The translations under genes were made by a program, and so were the position numbers. The notes under the pieces are model-generated. The model searched no databases. It saw nothing but the letters and a program-made list of their open reading frames with translations, and was not told the origin of the DNA. From Escherichia phage vB_EcoM_G17, in sequence record MK327931.1: DNA of 64,000 nt. The stretch is one strand, 5' to 3'. Below, piece by piece: positions 40,901-49,434 of the stretch. Each line of letters opens with the position of its first letter. Position 1 is the stretch's first letter.

Positions 40901-41926
40901 GATGGTGATAAGGTGATGATTTTCACTCCTGATGGTGAAGATTTTGTGAGATATCAAAATCACACATGGGAAACAATCTTGCGTGTATCTAACATCAAAA
41001 ACAATACAACTCCGATCCTATTCACTGTAAGAAATACAGGTAAGGAAACGATTGAATTGATTGATGAGAGTACTGGTGCAGTTCTCCGTTATGATAACAT
41101 CACTCTTGCACAACAAAATGAGCCAGTACAGCCTCTAGCATTGAACATTGTTCGTGTTAGAACATTTGCTGACCCTGAATTTGTCAAGAATGGTATTAAA
41201 TTGTATGAACAAAATAGAAATTACACCATTGATGTAATTAATTATGATGTTTTCTACGATACTACTTTAAATGGTGGTAAGTACAATGACGGAATAACAC
41301 CAGATGACGTTGACGTTTGGATAATCTCTAATGAAATATTTGATGTTGATGGAATTACTATCGATAACGGTTATAACTTACCAATTACGGGTGCGGGAGT
41401 TCTTAGTGAATTGGCAAGAACTAAAATGACTGATAGTTTAGAAATCAACGTTATCGAATATGATTCAAGTGTTATTCAACCGTTTAGAAATAATGAAGGG
41501 ATATGGGTTTATGGATTCCCAATGGTTGACGGTATGTATATCGGTGTTGTTGGTGGTACTGTTACTAACATCACAACCATTAGTGAAGAAAATACAACCT
41601 ATGTTTCTCAACCTAAATCAATAAGTCCTTATAGTATTAGAAATAATGTTTTATCCGGTTCAGCCGCAAACATGAATGATATTATATCGATTGGATATGA
41701 AAAAGTTGAAGTTAGAAATGCAAATAATTTACTCCGTGGTGTAATGTATAGTGCAGAACATGATTTTAAACTTAATACTACATATTCTTTCAATGGAATT
41801 AATTTAGGTAATTATGATATGTTAAAACGTTACACACAAAATAGTTACACTATAGATCTTTCAGTATACACTGATAGTCTACAAGTTAGTGGTAATGATA
41901 TTAAAAATATATTATTAGTTAAGTAA
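31925..41926 (+). CDS. Giant virion structural protein (3333 aa by ORF track; gp7 position, baseplate wedge or fiber-like)
   Basis: Uninterrupted 10-kb ORF directly downstream of the gp6-like gene. Alternative start ATG 31955 has a GGAG RBS; a near-consensus CATAAATA late box lies at 31911-31918. Asn/Tyr/Thr/Asp-rich, no recognisable catalytic motifs. Confidence 0.7.
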   Translation: MNERIIWSPKMTNNFKFQPTQMAEAVQKKLFIKRLPEWMQGLEDIQKVSDDVIQQWFNPAENELVDGYIGDMGSPAAAGNIFLHESTVARQLYQLSTAYVSKNDDSTIRSIQFYDDLVGYMNHYGALTDNESRLFNGKFYAWTPAINPNKMNNFSSYLWDTKNSYNITSPDYIVMERGALNGNTWSLQNFWYTLGETLEDGSILTEELMQDSRFIRARAPIIEYNKNIELINYGTKFRGTVDLFSDIIKPEDIVQKDINSGIRIDGIIPQDGMRILFTSIGNNGENNRIYNVYVKKMQDGTRVYGLALDPEEETESRPSGEPQDGDVVLITKGNEYGNSSMYWNGSLWVRAQSKTSVNVFPKFQLYDRNGIKLDNSTTYPSSNFKGSELFGFKINYNYATDSVYGYNIELGDYNYYIYENFLQSQRYTYDHLGKEVEIDGLYYYNIIDENNEMNLQTDWVRSEEYSKQFVKQTPQVQRTDMYRVFSTVYDMEVFKEPVDGMYAYVIEVDRTYQYYKADRETYLDWHPITGDGVQIVKYDHTFELAQKVLDNDSDIIEVVVDGVDVSKYTKNVSKGQVQSITLDSTVELDEDSVIQIRTYSSTVTPNKELGAYEVPINLQNNPYNSNIIYINQGDYTLHFQDIIQKNITRGSSDDFNDYEERLAKGLVNNGVGTKIIQNEASMLPLMAHTANEDIDLFEATMFMQSEYFRFINKFNTQMLRMYDENPSDFLQNSAANIVDAILTTINMGRDSSFPFYYDNVGSTSGFIRAFIPPTPQFLGILQAYVPEKATFLTAGSKPSCYNISHTGIISKAYRVINGVDKMDDVVYELENRIFNSIDNKFKDVDYVPVLNSDDLFPTPYFTKTEYSAEEKQTLLLRGYINFTATNGISNSTHDYDPNNWRTWNYTGTYYVVNGQSTEIPARGSWRAIYTDQYGTYRPATHPWEMFGFTQRPTWWNQEYEPTAVQVGERDSDVVYVYEALVMNEQGDLVPSGLWDIDGTIGDSSTGTILFGDRRGQYDKYKRFGVQPFKITKTGNKTSSGIDICVVEYIAPEILGLVSGSLNHRAEPWTYGDMGDMEFTYMNTTLFAYDQMMLLYKAKPAQFANYFWDTRNDNLKEVFTDGSQFLYGDTRKRINFDKNTVVHGENSTRTIGYQMFVSDHLMYQNKNITTKYGDVVRSSYINVGHKIGGFTKADQLTFNAKSFGLISQENQTIGLVRSNNIRDEQMSAIKITWNGSAYQIDGYDLVGAKFKYKLPVKNGRKVTLKLENRNVVHYNEWKSEASIEYGKVFNSYQEVYTFICGYGEYLKEHGWIFEDVNDSGAQQDWNTIAKDFVIWSQNSLVTGEFISCTPSAANAKFGADFGSVQSITQNNGGVWSLLDDNNQGIRQYEIETSRIGNIFTVRTLESNKRIALIRLSLCSYEHAVIFDDKTIFGDYIYQPTYGSIQELIKMYGYITGSWTGRLQAPGFIILEAGTLPSFEKLVSDFQHYYDSETPVSDVQLQELSNHLIGYQSRDYLQRMISSDVSRVDFYKGFIHDKGTNQVLERVLRVSKSYDTDEYKALQEWAFKIGTYGNIDGKKNLQFKLINDQFKQQPQMVSFDVNATSNGNGNHIVYFGEQGKDPRWITRPNGKFSFPMRSGRSENIQLPDIGPVTLDEVSYTTKDFSTAYNDRITYTNGKGENPESVWMFKDGNGLWNIFELVDTNVQMVSITPIENTDVYAEQFCKVTLTDNVPLEDGDYYYFVDETNFMPDTLTVESQYYTAGSDPKVMVVPFDTSIDIEFTDPDTRPRLYRYVSRFASTDDRQAYIDKKYSFKAPQSTLFDRPTTYDERTNITELYLNVYDPINGVIPGAAMQNVTYTSPVDPAQYNSNGELIQAWGADKVGQVWWNTSTAFYLDYTRAIYDADGNVDIDATNEYKRYNWGRLLPHSTIDVLEWVCSPVEPYNWDKYCKDVAKKNKNNTMYLPSGTALEDNYSTFLEYDSSTDSYVTKYYFWVRDTIYVPPLHTRTKSCTDIARIIKDPTQLNIPWFAPINENSFILSNMQFKVNDDTSILTVSYYMDSTEVVKHDQYQLCKEGDSYNFNPLIWDSMWNSLIGQETTESGSVINLLYPDVDNGLGSNKTWFQNVIEARRNFVESANNYYRSQNITTNSVVMEDVFNVKTTEVNPNEVSFRVLSYNNELVIAVESDKFKENDAVILSTSGYLPNPLTSSAVYFIHFDENGYIQLMNSPANAGSVVTITLENKGEGQHKMIKQSDYVESLGTSLDMTQYWSYADWYDVGYDSNTTYTQESSLEDANTKNYQVGDIIRVTDSENIWTLYIKSQSRDSIYWKAIGRENSTVELNDMLYADYSVHNDNGSLSNREINVRKALALLKNSFDLHQSEIVFDMVKYVHVEQSVVDWVFKTSYIYIVGLEQSLVQNYSNDNLINQIVEYFEEVKPYRTKIRSQIEQKTSDDDLIKGLCNDLDPNGYIFVDGSWIKTEKDIWDYEYAQFNEITQKWEQVGSLPSDFVTPNRRFQEIDIIMHYDNIQCKPNEDLASINELVSVNNKYQSNEKDAVSNYELQRYIYSFPEYSEETFDLLIAYQMQIYYPELDVTLGTAYGVNQWYKDHAEDLEATDEFTATLERVYKESTHNDMFTDLRQYVQYNTLANRLKLYKDISDEKIHDEVGCGFSGLTYNDNPSTRLPLGFSSSNDYNYGYFEISSELYQKYISLIKDKNPDASDYEVKVKLEVEYGVYVYRYDEVGGDTRFYTDAIHVLAGMRGLFDKDATDKYEKAEEILSKTPIDIYAITMIPRKYVYLNVNGVYQSIPDEQSIDDFMEDYFITNGEMVELAEINLDDLPLDQNNPMYSDYQYILDSITEAKYFNDMNAFDNLALESQTSSIKWEVKDDEVDPYIVDISDINPSGRDVGQIRFTVDGYGFDNVSLVQLRDNSRYQTEGMAIINPYKHTEAIVSIPSYAKIENDINKTTSKFDEKYFYRVRSINSLTEAEIVDNDLSDGDKVMIFTPDGEDFVRYQNHTWETILRVSNIKNNTTPILFTVRNTGKETIELIDESTGAVLRYDNITLAQQNEPVQPLALNIVRVRTFADPEFVKNGIKLYEQNRNYTIDVINYDVFYDTTLNGGKYNDGITPDDVDVWIISNEIFDVDGITIDNGYNLPITGAGVLSELARTKMTDSLEINVIEYDSSVIQPFRNNEGIWVYGFPMVDGMYIGVVGGTVTNITTISEENTTYVSQPKSISPYSIRNNVLSGSAANMNDIISIGYEKVEVRNANNLLRGVMYSAEHDFKLNTTYSFNGINLGNYDMLKRYTQNSYTIDLSVYTDSLQVSGNDIKNILLVK

Positions 41927-41928
41927 TA

Positions 41929-41966
41929 AAAAAAGGAGAGCATTATGCTCTCCTTTTCTTTTTTTA
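41929..41966. terminator. Bidirectional rho-independent terminator between convergent giant ORF and ClpA-like gene
   Basis: A-run, 8-bp stem ggagagca/tgctctcc (41935-41953), then T-run; works on both strands. Confidence 0.65.
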
Positions 41967-44252
41967 TACTAGTGCTTTATCTACAGCTTTGGTACGTTTC
42001 GGCTTAATATCGATTTTACCATCAATAACATCAAATGTAATGTTACCACCATTCACAAGTGAACCACACAACATTTCTTTAGCTAGTGGTACACGAATGT
42101 TTTGTTCAATGGTACGTTTCATTGGACGTGCACCCATACCAACTTTTACCCCATTTTTCGCAAGCCATTCACGTGCAGCTTTTGTCAATGTAACTTTAAC
42201 ATTACGGTCTTTGACTTGTTCATTCAAACCACCCATGAACTTATCAATGATGCTGTCAATAGCTTCACTGCTTAGGTCTTTAAACGTAACGATACTATCA
42301 ATACGGTTAATAAACTCTGGTGGCAAGAATGCTTTAATTGCCTTGTCCTGTGCAGTGTCACTACCGCTCATACCAATGCTACGCTTTGTTGAATCAGCCG
42401 CACCAAGGTTTGTAGTCATAATAACAGTTACGTTATTAAAATATACAGTTTTACCTTGAGAACCAGTCAGACGACCTTCATCCAAAACCTGTAGGAAGGT
42501 TAGTAGTACTTTACGATCTGCTTTTTCAATTTCATCAAGTAACAGTACTGCATTAGGGAACTGCTCAATTTTATCCAACAGTAAACCGTTACCAGAATCA
42601 TGACCAACATAACCTGGAGGTGAACCAATTAGTTTAGAAACAGTATGTTCTTGAGAAAATTCTGACATATCAAAGCGAATGAGTTCCGCACCAGTTGCGT
42701 CTGCTAATGCTTTGGTAATTTCTGTTTTACCAGTACCAGATGGTCCAACAAACATAAATGCACCCTGAACACTAGATTTGTCACGCAGTCCTGCACGAGC
42801 TACCATCACGTTATCAACTAATTTTTGAATAGCTTCCTCTTGACCGTATACACGTGAGCGTAGTGCATCTGGTAGATTACGCATACGATCACTTTCAGTA
42901 CATGCAACCACGTTGATATCCAAATTGGCAATACCAGCAACAACTTCTTGAATCAAATTGGCAGTAATAAGCTTACTATTGTTGTCACGTGAACGAACTT
43001 TAGCCGCAGCAGCATCCATTAGATCAATTGCTTTATCTGGGAAGTGCTTATTCTTCAGGAATTTATCACTGAGAGAAATTACAGCATCCATTGCATCAGA
43101 TGTGAACTCAACATTATGGAATTTTTCATACGTTGGTTTCAAACCATTAACAATTGCACGAGTTTCATCAATTGTCGGCTCAACTACGTCAATTTTCATA
43201 AAACGACGAGTTAATGCACTATCTTTCTCGATATTTTTACGATATTCATCATATGTTGTTGCACCAATTACACGAATCTCACCACGTGAAAGTGCTGGCT
43301 TAAGCATATTGCTCATGTCCATAGAACCATTACTTGCGGAACCAGCCCCAACCATAATATGAATTTCATCAATGAAAACAATAGTATTTTCACGTTTCTT
43401 TAGTTCTTTTAGCAAATTGTCGATGCGTTCTTCAAATTCACCACGATACTTAGTACCAGCAGTCAATGCACCAACATTTAGTGAAAGAATTTCAACGTCT
43501 TTTAGGTGTTCAGGTACGTTACCATCAGCAATAGCTTGTGCAAGCCCGTCGATGATTTGTGTTTTACCTACACCAGCTTCACCAGTGAGAATAGCATTCT
43601 TTTTGGTTTTGCGAGCAAGAGTCTCAATCAATGCAGACAATTCTTTCTGGCGACCAATCATAGGATCTAGTTTGCCTTCTTTTGCAAGAGCAGTTAGATT
43701 CGTTGTATAGTCTTCCAAACCTTTTTGTTTAGATGATTGCTGCTGTTGGGCCACTTTTTTATCTCCAATCGGTTCGTCATTAATACTTTGTAAGTTGATA
43801 CCCTTATCAAGTGACTCAACGTGTTTCTGTAATGCACGTGCAGCTTCAGTACAGCTAACACCTTCTTCTTTTAACGCAGCTTCTAGTGCTGTGTTAGGGA
43901 AAGACAGACATTCGAATAGAACAAAATATGCATCAATCGAAAAATCATCACTTTTTAGTTGTTCAATAACTGATTTTTTAGAAAGCTCATGTACAACGCG
44001 ATTCACTAGAAGTGAAGTGCGATTCGCGTCTTCATCTTTAACACTTTTTGGTGCATGTGGAACTGTTGTATTTTTAAGATAGTTCATTAGGCGGTTGTGC
44101 AGTTTGTCTGCATCAATGTTCATATCTTCAAATACGTTCTTGATGCTATCAATAGTCAGTACTGTGGCACTTACGTGGTCAATAGTCAAGAATGTATGAC
44201 CTAGAGATGTTGCCAGTTCGTCGCTTTTTTTGAACAATTGAGTAAGATTCAT
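41964..44252 (-). CDS. clpA: ClpA-like AAA+ unfoldase (two AAA+ modules, N-domain present)
   Basis: ORF track 41964..44273 (GTG); probable ATG 44250-44252 with AGGAGA RBS. Extended collinear similarity to ClpA across both nucleotide-binding domains: [22 protein letters not shown], Walker [17 protein letters not shown], second Walker [19 protein letters not shown], and SIGM at the ClpP-docking IGL/IGF loop position. No ClpB-type middle coiled-coil. Confidence 0.85.
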   Translation of the reverse strand: MNLTQLFKKSDELATSLGHTFLTIDHVSATVLTIDSIKNVFEDMNIDADKLHNRLMNYLKNTTVPHAPKSVKDEDANRTSLLVNRVVHELSKKSVIEQLKSDDFSIDAYFVLFECLSFPNTALEAALKEEGVSCTEAARALQKHVESLDKGINLQSINDEPIGDKKVAQQQQSSKQKGLEDYTTNLTALAKEGKLDPMIGRQKELSALIETLARKTKKNAILTGEAGVGKTQIIDGLAQAIADGNVPEHLKDVEILSLNVGALTAGTKYRGEFEERIDNLLKELKKRENTIVFIDEIHIMVGAGSASNGSMDMSNMLKPALSRGEIRVIGATTYDEYRKNIEKDSALTRRFMKIDVVEPTIDETRAIVNGLKPTYEKFHNVEFTSDAMDAVISLSDKFLKNKHFPDKAIDLMDAAAAKVRSRDNNSKLITANLIQEVVAGIANLDINVVACTESDRMRNLPDALRSRVYGQEEAIQKLVDNVMVARAGLRDKSSVQGAFMFVGPSGTGKTEITKALADATGAELIRFDMSEFSQEHTVSKLIGSPPGYVGHDSGNGLLLDKIEQFPNAVLLLDEIEKADRKVLLTFLQVLDEGRLTGSQGKTVYFNNVTVIMTTNLGAADSTKRSIGMSGSDTAQDKAIKAFLPPEFINRIDSIVTFKDLSSEAIDSIIDKFMGGLNEQVKDRNVKVTLTKAAREWLAKNGVKVGMGARPMKRTIEQNIRVPLAKEMLCGSLVNGGNITFDVIDGKIDIKPKRTKAVDKALV

Positions 44253-44362
44253 GTATTCTCCTATGTGATTCACGTCACTCTAATTAATAAACATTATATC
44301 ACATTCTTACGGTTTGTCTACAAGGTAAATAAAGATATACCCGATTTATTTTGGAGACAATC

Positions 44363-45856
44363 ATGACATATAGAATGTGGAAAAAAGGTAGAACCAATGA
44401 TTACAAGTTCATTGATTCTGCCATTGCTGAACAATACAACATTGGTGGAGTTGACATGTGGCTTTATGCATATGTCGGTCCAAAACAAGTTGCTGACAAC
44501 ACTGACTTATCCTATGGAGGTGATTATACATCTTCAGGATCAGTTGTGTCAAGTATTGGCGATTTAATTTTTGGTGACACACCAAACAGAAACTACAACC
44601 TTGAAGCTATCACACTTAGTTGTGTCTATCAAGTTCAAGAAGCAACTCCAGACTTGAAAATCCCAGGATTGTTCTTTAATTTCAACACTATGGACATCAC
44701 AATCCATTATAATACAATGATGCAGCGTTTAGGTAGAAAAATCATGCCAGGGGATGTGATAGAACTACCAAATTTACGTGATTTTGATGTATTTGGTAAA
44801 GATACAGGTCTAAACCGCTTCTATGTCGTCCAAGATGCATTTCGTACATCTGAGGGATACTCGGTTACGTGGCAACATCACATTTATAAACTTAGAGTTA
44901 AACCGCTAACCGACTCACCTGAGTACTCCGATTTACTCGGTAACAATAATTATCCTGATAATCCAGATGACCCTAATAATGGTAATGGAAATACCGATGA
45001 TGGTTCGTCGGAAAACAGTAACTATGGCAATGAAATGGATATCATGAACCGTATCATCATGCAAGCTGATGATGAAGTACCCTATATTCATTATACAAAC
45101 GAACATTTGTATGATGATCGACCTGATACAGTAGATTTATCAAAATATATGCTTAACGGTTATGATTTTCCAGAAGAACCTGCCGATGGAATGTATTTTT
45201 TGAAAAAAACATACCCAGTACTCAAAGAGTTTGTTAATGATACATGGATTTCTGTGGAAGTCAAGCGTGGAACCATCTTTCCCAGAAAACCAATGGATGG
45301 TGACTTCTTCTTTAAAGAAAATGACGCAGATGTGACAGGTTATACGTTGTATCAATATGATAAAAGTGCTAAAAAATGGTTAAATTGTGATGTAGAATAT
45401 ACTACCAGTGATGTTCCACCAGAAGATGTGGAAGATTTTTGTATTTTTTATAAAGAACCACACATTTATCAGTATAATGATGACAAGTGGGGGGAACCAA
45501 AGGTAACTTATGTCAATGAACCATTCACGTCCAATTGTGTATATGGTAATATTGATTCGCAACAAGATTATCGTCCTAAAATTCCACCAGCACGAGGTAC
45601 AGTCCCTGAAGGAAATATGTTCCCAACTGATGCAGTAGATGGTGACTATTTCTATCGCACCGATTATACTCCAGTTACGTTATGGGAATTCAATGCAACT
45701 AAGAATTCATGGGTTATTTTTGATTATGGTGGAAGAAAACCGTGGGAAGGTGCAGACTTAGCACTTACACAGTTTGTAAATAGTGATAACAAAGTTCCAT
45801 TACATGACGCAGTTAAACCTAATACTGTTTATCGCATACATAAGGACACAGAATGA
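44363..45856 (+). CDS. Neck protein (gp13/gp14-like, tentative)
   Basis: ORF track 44351..45856 (TTG); ATG 44363 has a GGAG RBS. Assignment from position directly upstream of the gp15-like gene; Asn/Asp/Gly-rich low-complexity insert in the middle. Confidence 0.45.
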   Translation: MTYRMWKKGRTNDYKFIDSAIAEQYNIGGVDMWLYAYVGPKQVADNTDLSYGGDYTSSGSVVSSIGDLIFGDTPNRNYNLEAITLSCVYQVQEATPDLKIPGLFFNFNTMDITIHYNTMMQRLGRKIMPGDVIELPNLRDFDVFGKDTGLNRFYVVQDAFRTSEGYSVTWQHHIYKLRVKPLTDSPEYSDLLGNNNYPDNPDDPNNGNGNTDDGSSENSNYGNEMDIMNRIIMQADDEVPYIHYTNEHLYDDRPDTVDLSKYMLNGYDFPEEPADGMYFLKKTYPVLKEFVNDTWISVEVKRGTIFPRKPMDGDFFFKENDADVTGYTLYQYDKSAKKWLNCDVEYTTSDVPPEDVEDFCIFYKEPHIYQYNDDKWGEPKVTYVNEPFTSNCVYGNIDSQQDYRPKIPPARGTVPEGNMFPTDAVDGDYFYRTDYTPVTLWEFNATKNSWVIFDYGGRKPWEGADLALTQFVNSDNKVPLHDAVKPNTVYRIHKDTE

Positions 45857-47196
45857 AAATAGATTATTATTATGACGGTCAATTTCGCAGAGTACTGAAA
45901 CATCTTATCAGAGTTTTTGGTGAATTTCAAGTACAAAATGGTATTGATGCTAATGGAAACCCAAAATACAAAAAGGTTCCATGTCGCTATGCCGATATTT
46001 CAAGAATGGCAGCAGCAATTATAAATGGGAATAGTGAAAATGTTCTCCCATCAGCACCTATAATGACCATAAGTGTTAATCAACTAAAGTTGGATCGTAA
46101 AAATATTCGTTCTAATGCCAACGAAACTATAGTAATGGGGTCTAACAAGTCCCCTGCTATTAATGAGTACACAAAAGATCTTGACACACAATACAAAATT
46201 GTAAGACATAACCCAGTACCTTGGACTTTTACGTTTGATTTGAATATTTGGGTAACTCAAACTCAAACTAAAATGGAATTATTCGAACAAATCTCAACTT
46301 TGTTTGCACCTAGTATACAACTTCAATTATCTGATAACCCGTTAGATTGGACATCGCTTAGTGATGTTGAACTAATAGATTGTCAGTTTTCTACTCGTGG
46401 TTTTCCACAAGGAACTGACCCAGATTTGGATATAATGGTTTTAACATTTGAAACGACAATATGGTTTTCTTTACCAGCTATTGTTGAAAAACCAAAATTA
46501 ATCCAACAGATTACTACAAATATTAAAGGTGCTCGTGACGAATTTGATTTTGAAATGGGAAATTATTCAGATATAATAACAGATGTTTTTACACCCAAGA
46601 ATTTATGCATTAAAGTTGAAGAAATTACTAATTCCAAGTATAATTTACCTGATACATACCAACTTACCTTGGTTAGCCAATCGCTATCTGCGGTTTCTCC
46701 CAACGGTGGAATATATTCATGGGAAAAATATCTTAAATATCTAGAACCAAATTTTGATGACAAAAAAGTAGGGATTAAATTTCAACAATCTATTGAAGAA
46801 GACAACCCACTAAAAGGTCATATAGCGTCGTATGGTGAAAATGAAGATGCCAACAAAATTATAGTACAGCTTGATAATACCAATTATACTGTTGATTACA
46901 CTATACATGGGTTTGTGCAGAAAGATTCAGTACTTTCAAGTGCATTACCTGAACAATATTATGTAAATAACAGTATACATAACATCATTTATAAAGAAAC
47001 CGAAATCCCATCAAATTATTTGTTTAAAATTACAAATGACGGTGCACAATTAATTGATCCATCTACTGTACGAAATTACATTTATAATAAAGAAGACAAT
47101 GGTTATTATAGATATAATGACAAATTTAAATGGCATAAAAGTATCATGCCTGTGTATCGTCAGGGATATTGGAAAATAACTTTCACTGACAAATAA
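45853..47196 (+). CDS. Tail sheath stabilizer / tail completion protein (T4 gp15-like)
   Basis: 447-aa ORF; N-terminus YYYDGQFRRVLKHLIRVFGEFQVQ...YKKVPCRYADISRM parallels gp15 YFYNSSFRRYATLMGDLFSNIQIKR...FIRVPITYASKEHFM; start overlaps upstream stop. Confidence 0.65.
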   Translation: MKIDYYYDGQFRRVLKHLIRVFGEFQVQNGIDANGNPKYKKVPCRYADISRMAAAIINGNSENVLPSAPIMTISVNQLKLDRKNIRSNANETIVMGSNKSPAINEYTKDLDTQYKIVRHNPVPWTFTFDLNIWVTQTQTKMELFEQISTLFAPSIQLQLSDNPLDWTSLSDVELIDCQFSTRGFPQGTDPDLDIMVLTFETTIWFSLPAIVEKPKLIQQITTNIKGARDEFDFEMGNYSDIITDVFTPKNLCIKVEEITNSKYNLPDTYQLTLVSQSLSAVSPNGGIYSWEKYLKYLEPNFDDKKVGIKFQQSIEEDNPLKGHIASYGENEDANKIIVQLDNTNYTVDYTIHGFVQKDSVLSSALPEQYYVNNSIHNIIYKETEIPSNYLFKITNDGAQLIDPSTVRNYIYNKEDNGYYRYNDKFKWHKSIMPVYRQGYWKITFTDK

Positions 47197-47209
47197 AGGA
47201 GGTGTTGTT

Positions 47210-47674
47210 ATGAATGAAGCGGTTGGTGCTATATTTTTATCAAAAAGTACTGGACATATGATGTTAAACTTGCGTTCTGAAAGAAGTACCTATTCTAACA
47301 ACTGGGCATTTGTTGGTGGAAAGCTTGAACATAACGAAACACCACTACAAGGTCTGATGCGAGAAATTAAAGAAGAGTTGGGCAACTCAATACCTAACAT
47401 TATTGATATTATACCGTTTGATGTATTTTGTACAAAAAATGGTAAATTTAAATATTATTCATTTGTTATTGTAGTTGAGAATGAATTTGTACCAACTTTA
47501 AATCATGAAAGCTCTGGTTATGCTTGGGTTAGAATTGGTTCTTGGCCTAAACCATTACACCCTGGTGCTAAAAATACTTTACTTAACACAAACTTAATGA
47601 AAGATTTTTACTCACTATGGGAAAGTATACGTGAAGGTACACAGTTTGTCAACAGTTTACCATATAGATATTAA
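47210..47674 (+). CDS. Nudix hydrolase
   Basis: 154-aa ORF with Nudix box GGKLEHNETPLQGLMREIKEELG (Gx5Ex7REUxEExGU); AAGGAGG RBS. Confidence 0.8.
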   Translation: MNEAVGAIFLSKSTGHMMLNLRSERSTYSNNWAFVGGKLEHNETPLQGLMREIKEELGNSIPNIIDIIPFDVFCTKNGKFKYYSFVIVVENEFVPTLNHESSGYAWVRIGSWPKPLHPGAKNTLLNTNLMKDFYSLWESIREGTQFVNSLPYRY

Positions 47675-47706
47675 AACAAAAAGGAGCCGTGTGGCTCCTT
47701 TTTTTA
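47675..47706. terminator. Bidirectional rho-independent terminator
   Basis: A-run, stem ggagcc/ggctcc (47683-47698), T-run 47699-47706; between convergent genes. Confidence 0.65.
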
Positions 47707-48804
47707 TACTCCAATAATCGGAATACCTGTAATATTTAACAACACGGATGCTTGTAGTTTAACGGATTCACCAGCAGTTAGATTACTAATACTACCATCA
47801 ACTCGAAAACCTAAATTTTTATTTGAGTTTAGAGAATTGATAACCCAATTTTCATAATCAGCTTTAGATGTTCCATTAGGATTTGGGATAGATGGATCTA
47901 CACCATTAATAACAATATTTACGTCCCAGTTTGGGCGACTACTGGTAATAACATCTTTAATGGATTCTAATTGTGTAATCCTACGTGGGTCTGGCATTTG
48001 ACTTGCCCCCACCGAACCAGGAACAAAAGTTCCTTGATTATCTACATAAAATTGCCCTTTTATAAAAAAGGTTTTGGAATTGTATGGAAGAGAAACTATC
48101 TCACCAGAAGAATCATTTACTTCTCTAATCATAATTTTTAATTCATAGAAATAGTTGCTACCAAATTCAAAGACACCTGTACCATTAGTTAATGTTGTCC
48201 AGTTATTTGTATCTACTTGTGAAGTACCACCTAAGTTAAAATACGCAATCGGTTTAGTACTATTACTTTGTGTGAACTCTATATATTTTTTACCATTATC
48301 ATAGTTAATATCTAATAATGATGAATACTCTTTGTTTTCTGGTCTAGATGTTTGAATTTCACGCCATTCTTTGTTTTTCATTAACACACGAAGAGAATCA
48401 CCGTTACTAGTTAATACCATACGACCCATAACACTATTTTCACCATCAGGTACTGTGTTAAAAACAGTAATCATAGGGATAGACGCCCATTCAGCTTCAC
48501 TTACCATATCAGCAGGTTGTCTAGCATTATCAACTAATGATATCAATAACTCACCAGTACTACCAGTGTTTCTATACCAAAGTTGACCATTGACGTTGCC
48601 ACGTGGTGCAGATGCTGAACTGAAATTTTCAACTAAATGTAAAAAGTTTTCATTCCATGCTTGACCGTAACTTACTTTATTTCTACCAACTAAATTTAAC
48701 GGAACTGGGTTACTTCCGGGCTGGTTTGGTCCTAAAATAACATTATTTGGAATGGTAGCATAAACACTACCATTACTTCTATAAATTGTATAATTAACAC
48801 TCAT
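47704..48804 (-). CDS. Virion structural protein (baseplate/fiber-associated, tentative)
   Basis: 366-aa ORF, Asn/Ser/Gly/Thr-rich, in a block of three co-directional structural-looking genes. Confidence 0.45.
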   Translation of the reverse strand: MSVNYTIYRSNGSVYATIPNNVILGPNQPGSNPVPLNLVGRNKVSYGQAWNENFLHLVENFSSASAPRGNVNGQLWYRNTGSTGELLISLVDNARQPADMVSEAEWASIPMITVFNTVPDGENSVMGRMVLTSNGDSLRVLMKNKEWREIQTSRPENKEYSSLLDINYDNGKKYIEFTQSNSTKPIAYFNLGGTSQVDTNNWTTLTNGTGVFEFGSNYFYELKIMIREVNDSSGEIVSLPYNSKTFFIKGQFYVDNQGTFVPGSVGASQMPDPRRITQLESIKDVITSSRPNWDVNIVINGVDPSIPNPNGTSKADYENWVINSLNSNKNLGFRVDGSISNLTAGESVKLQASVLLNITGIPIIGV

Positions 48805-48816
48805 TATATGTCCCCA

Positions 48817-49425
48817 TTATTGTAATTGTACACGAACTGTGTATTTAATTTGTAAGACACGGTTTGCACTTTTCTCAACTGGGTGAAAAATGATATGGGT
48901 TAAAGGAATACCACTATCGCCATCCGTGTATAATCCCAATTCATCAAACACATAAGTTCCATCCATGCTTGTCCCTGAGCTTACACCTTGGTCGGATGGT
49001 TCACCTAACCCTAGAGTACAAATACATACAATATCAGTATAGGACTGTCCTGGTATATGTACAGTTGTAATATTATTGTATTGTGAATCAATACCTGCCG
49101 TAATTCGTGGGTTGATTTTTTTCAAATATGTTTGTGAATACAAACCACCAAATGATGTAACACGTGGTTTTTTATAAGTAACACGACCAGTACTTAAAAC
49201 TACTGTACCACCATTACCAAAACGCATCTCGCTAATAGAACCAATAGGAATACCAGTACTGTCTTGATTATATGCTAACGCATTAGCAATGGCAGTACTC
49301 ATATTTTCAGGGTGAATAGCGTTAGATTTATCTAAAACGATTTTTTGATTTGATGGATCAGTAACGTCAGTAATTAGGACATGACCTTTAACAAATAGTT
49401 TTGGTTGTTCTGTTTCTAATTTCAT
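48817..49425 (-). CDS. Hypothetical virion protein
   Basis: 202-aa ORF with AAGGA RBS; no motif recognised. Confidence 0.45.
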   Translation of the reverse strand: MKLETEQPKLFVKGHVLITDVTDPSNQKIVLDKSNAIHPENMSTAIANALAYNQDSTGIPIGSISEMRFGNGGTVVLSTGRVTYKKPRVTSFGGLYSQTYLKKINPRITAGIDSQYNNITTVHIPGQSYTDIVCICTLGLGEPSDQGVSSGTSMDGTYVFDELGLYTDGDSGIPLTHIIFHPVEKSANRVLQIKYTVRVQLQ

Positions 49426-49434
49426 TTCTAATCC

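Noticed and set aside
41989-44082. Plus-strand ORFs inside the ClpA-like gene (41989..42459, 42958..43362, 43372..43710, 43795..44082)
   Set aside because: Antisense to a gene with strong collinear ClpA similarity; products are low-complexity.
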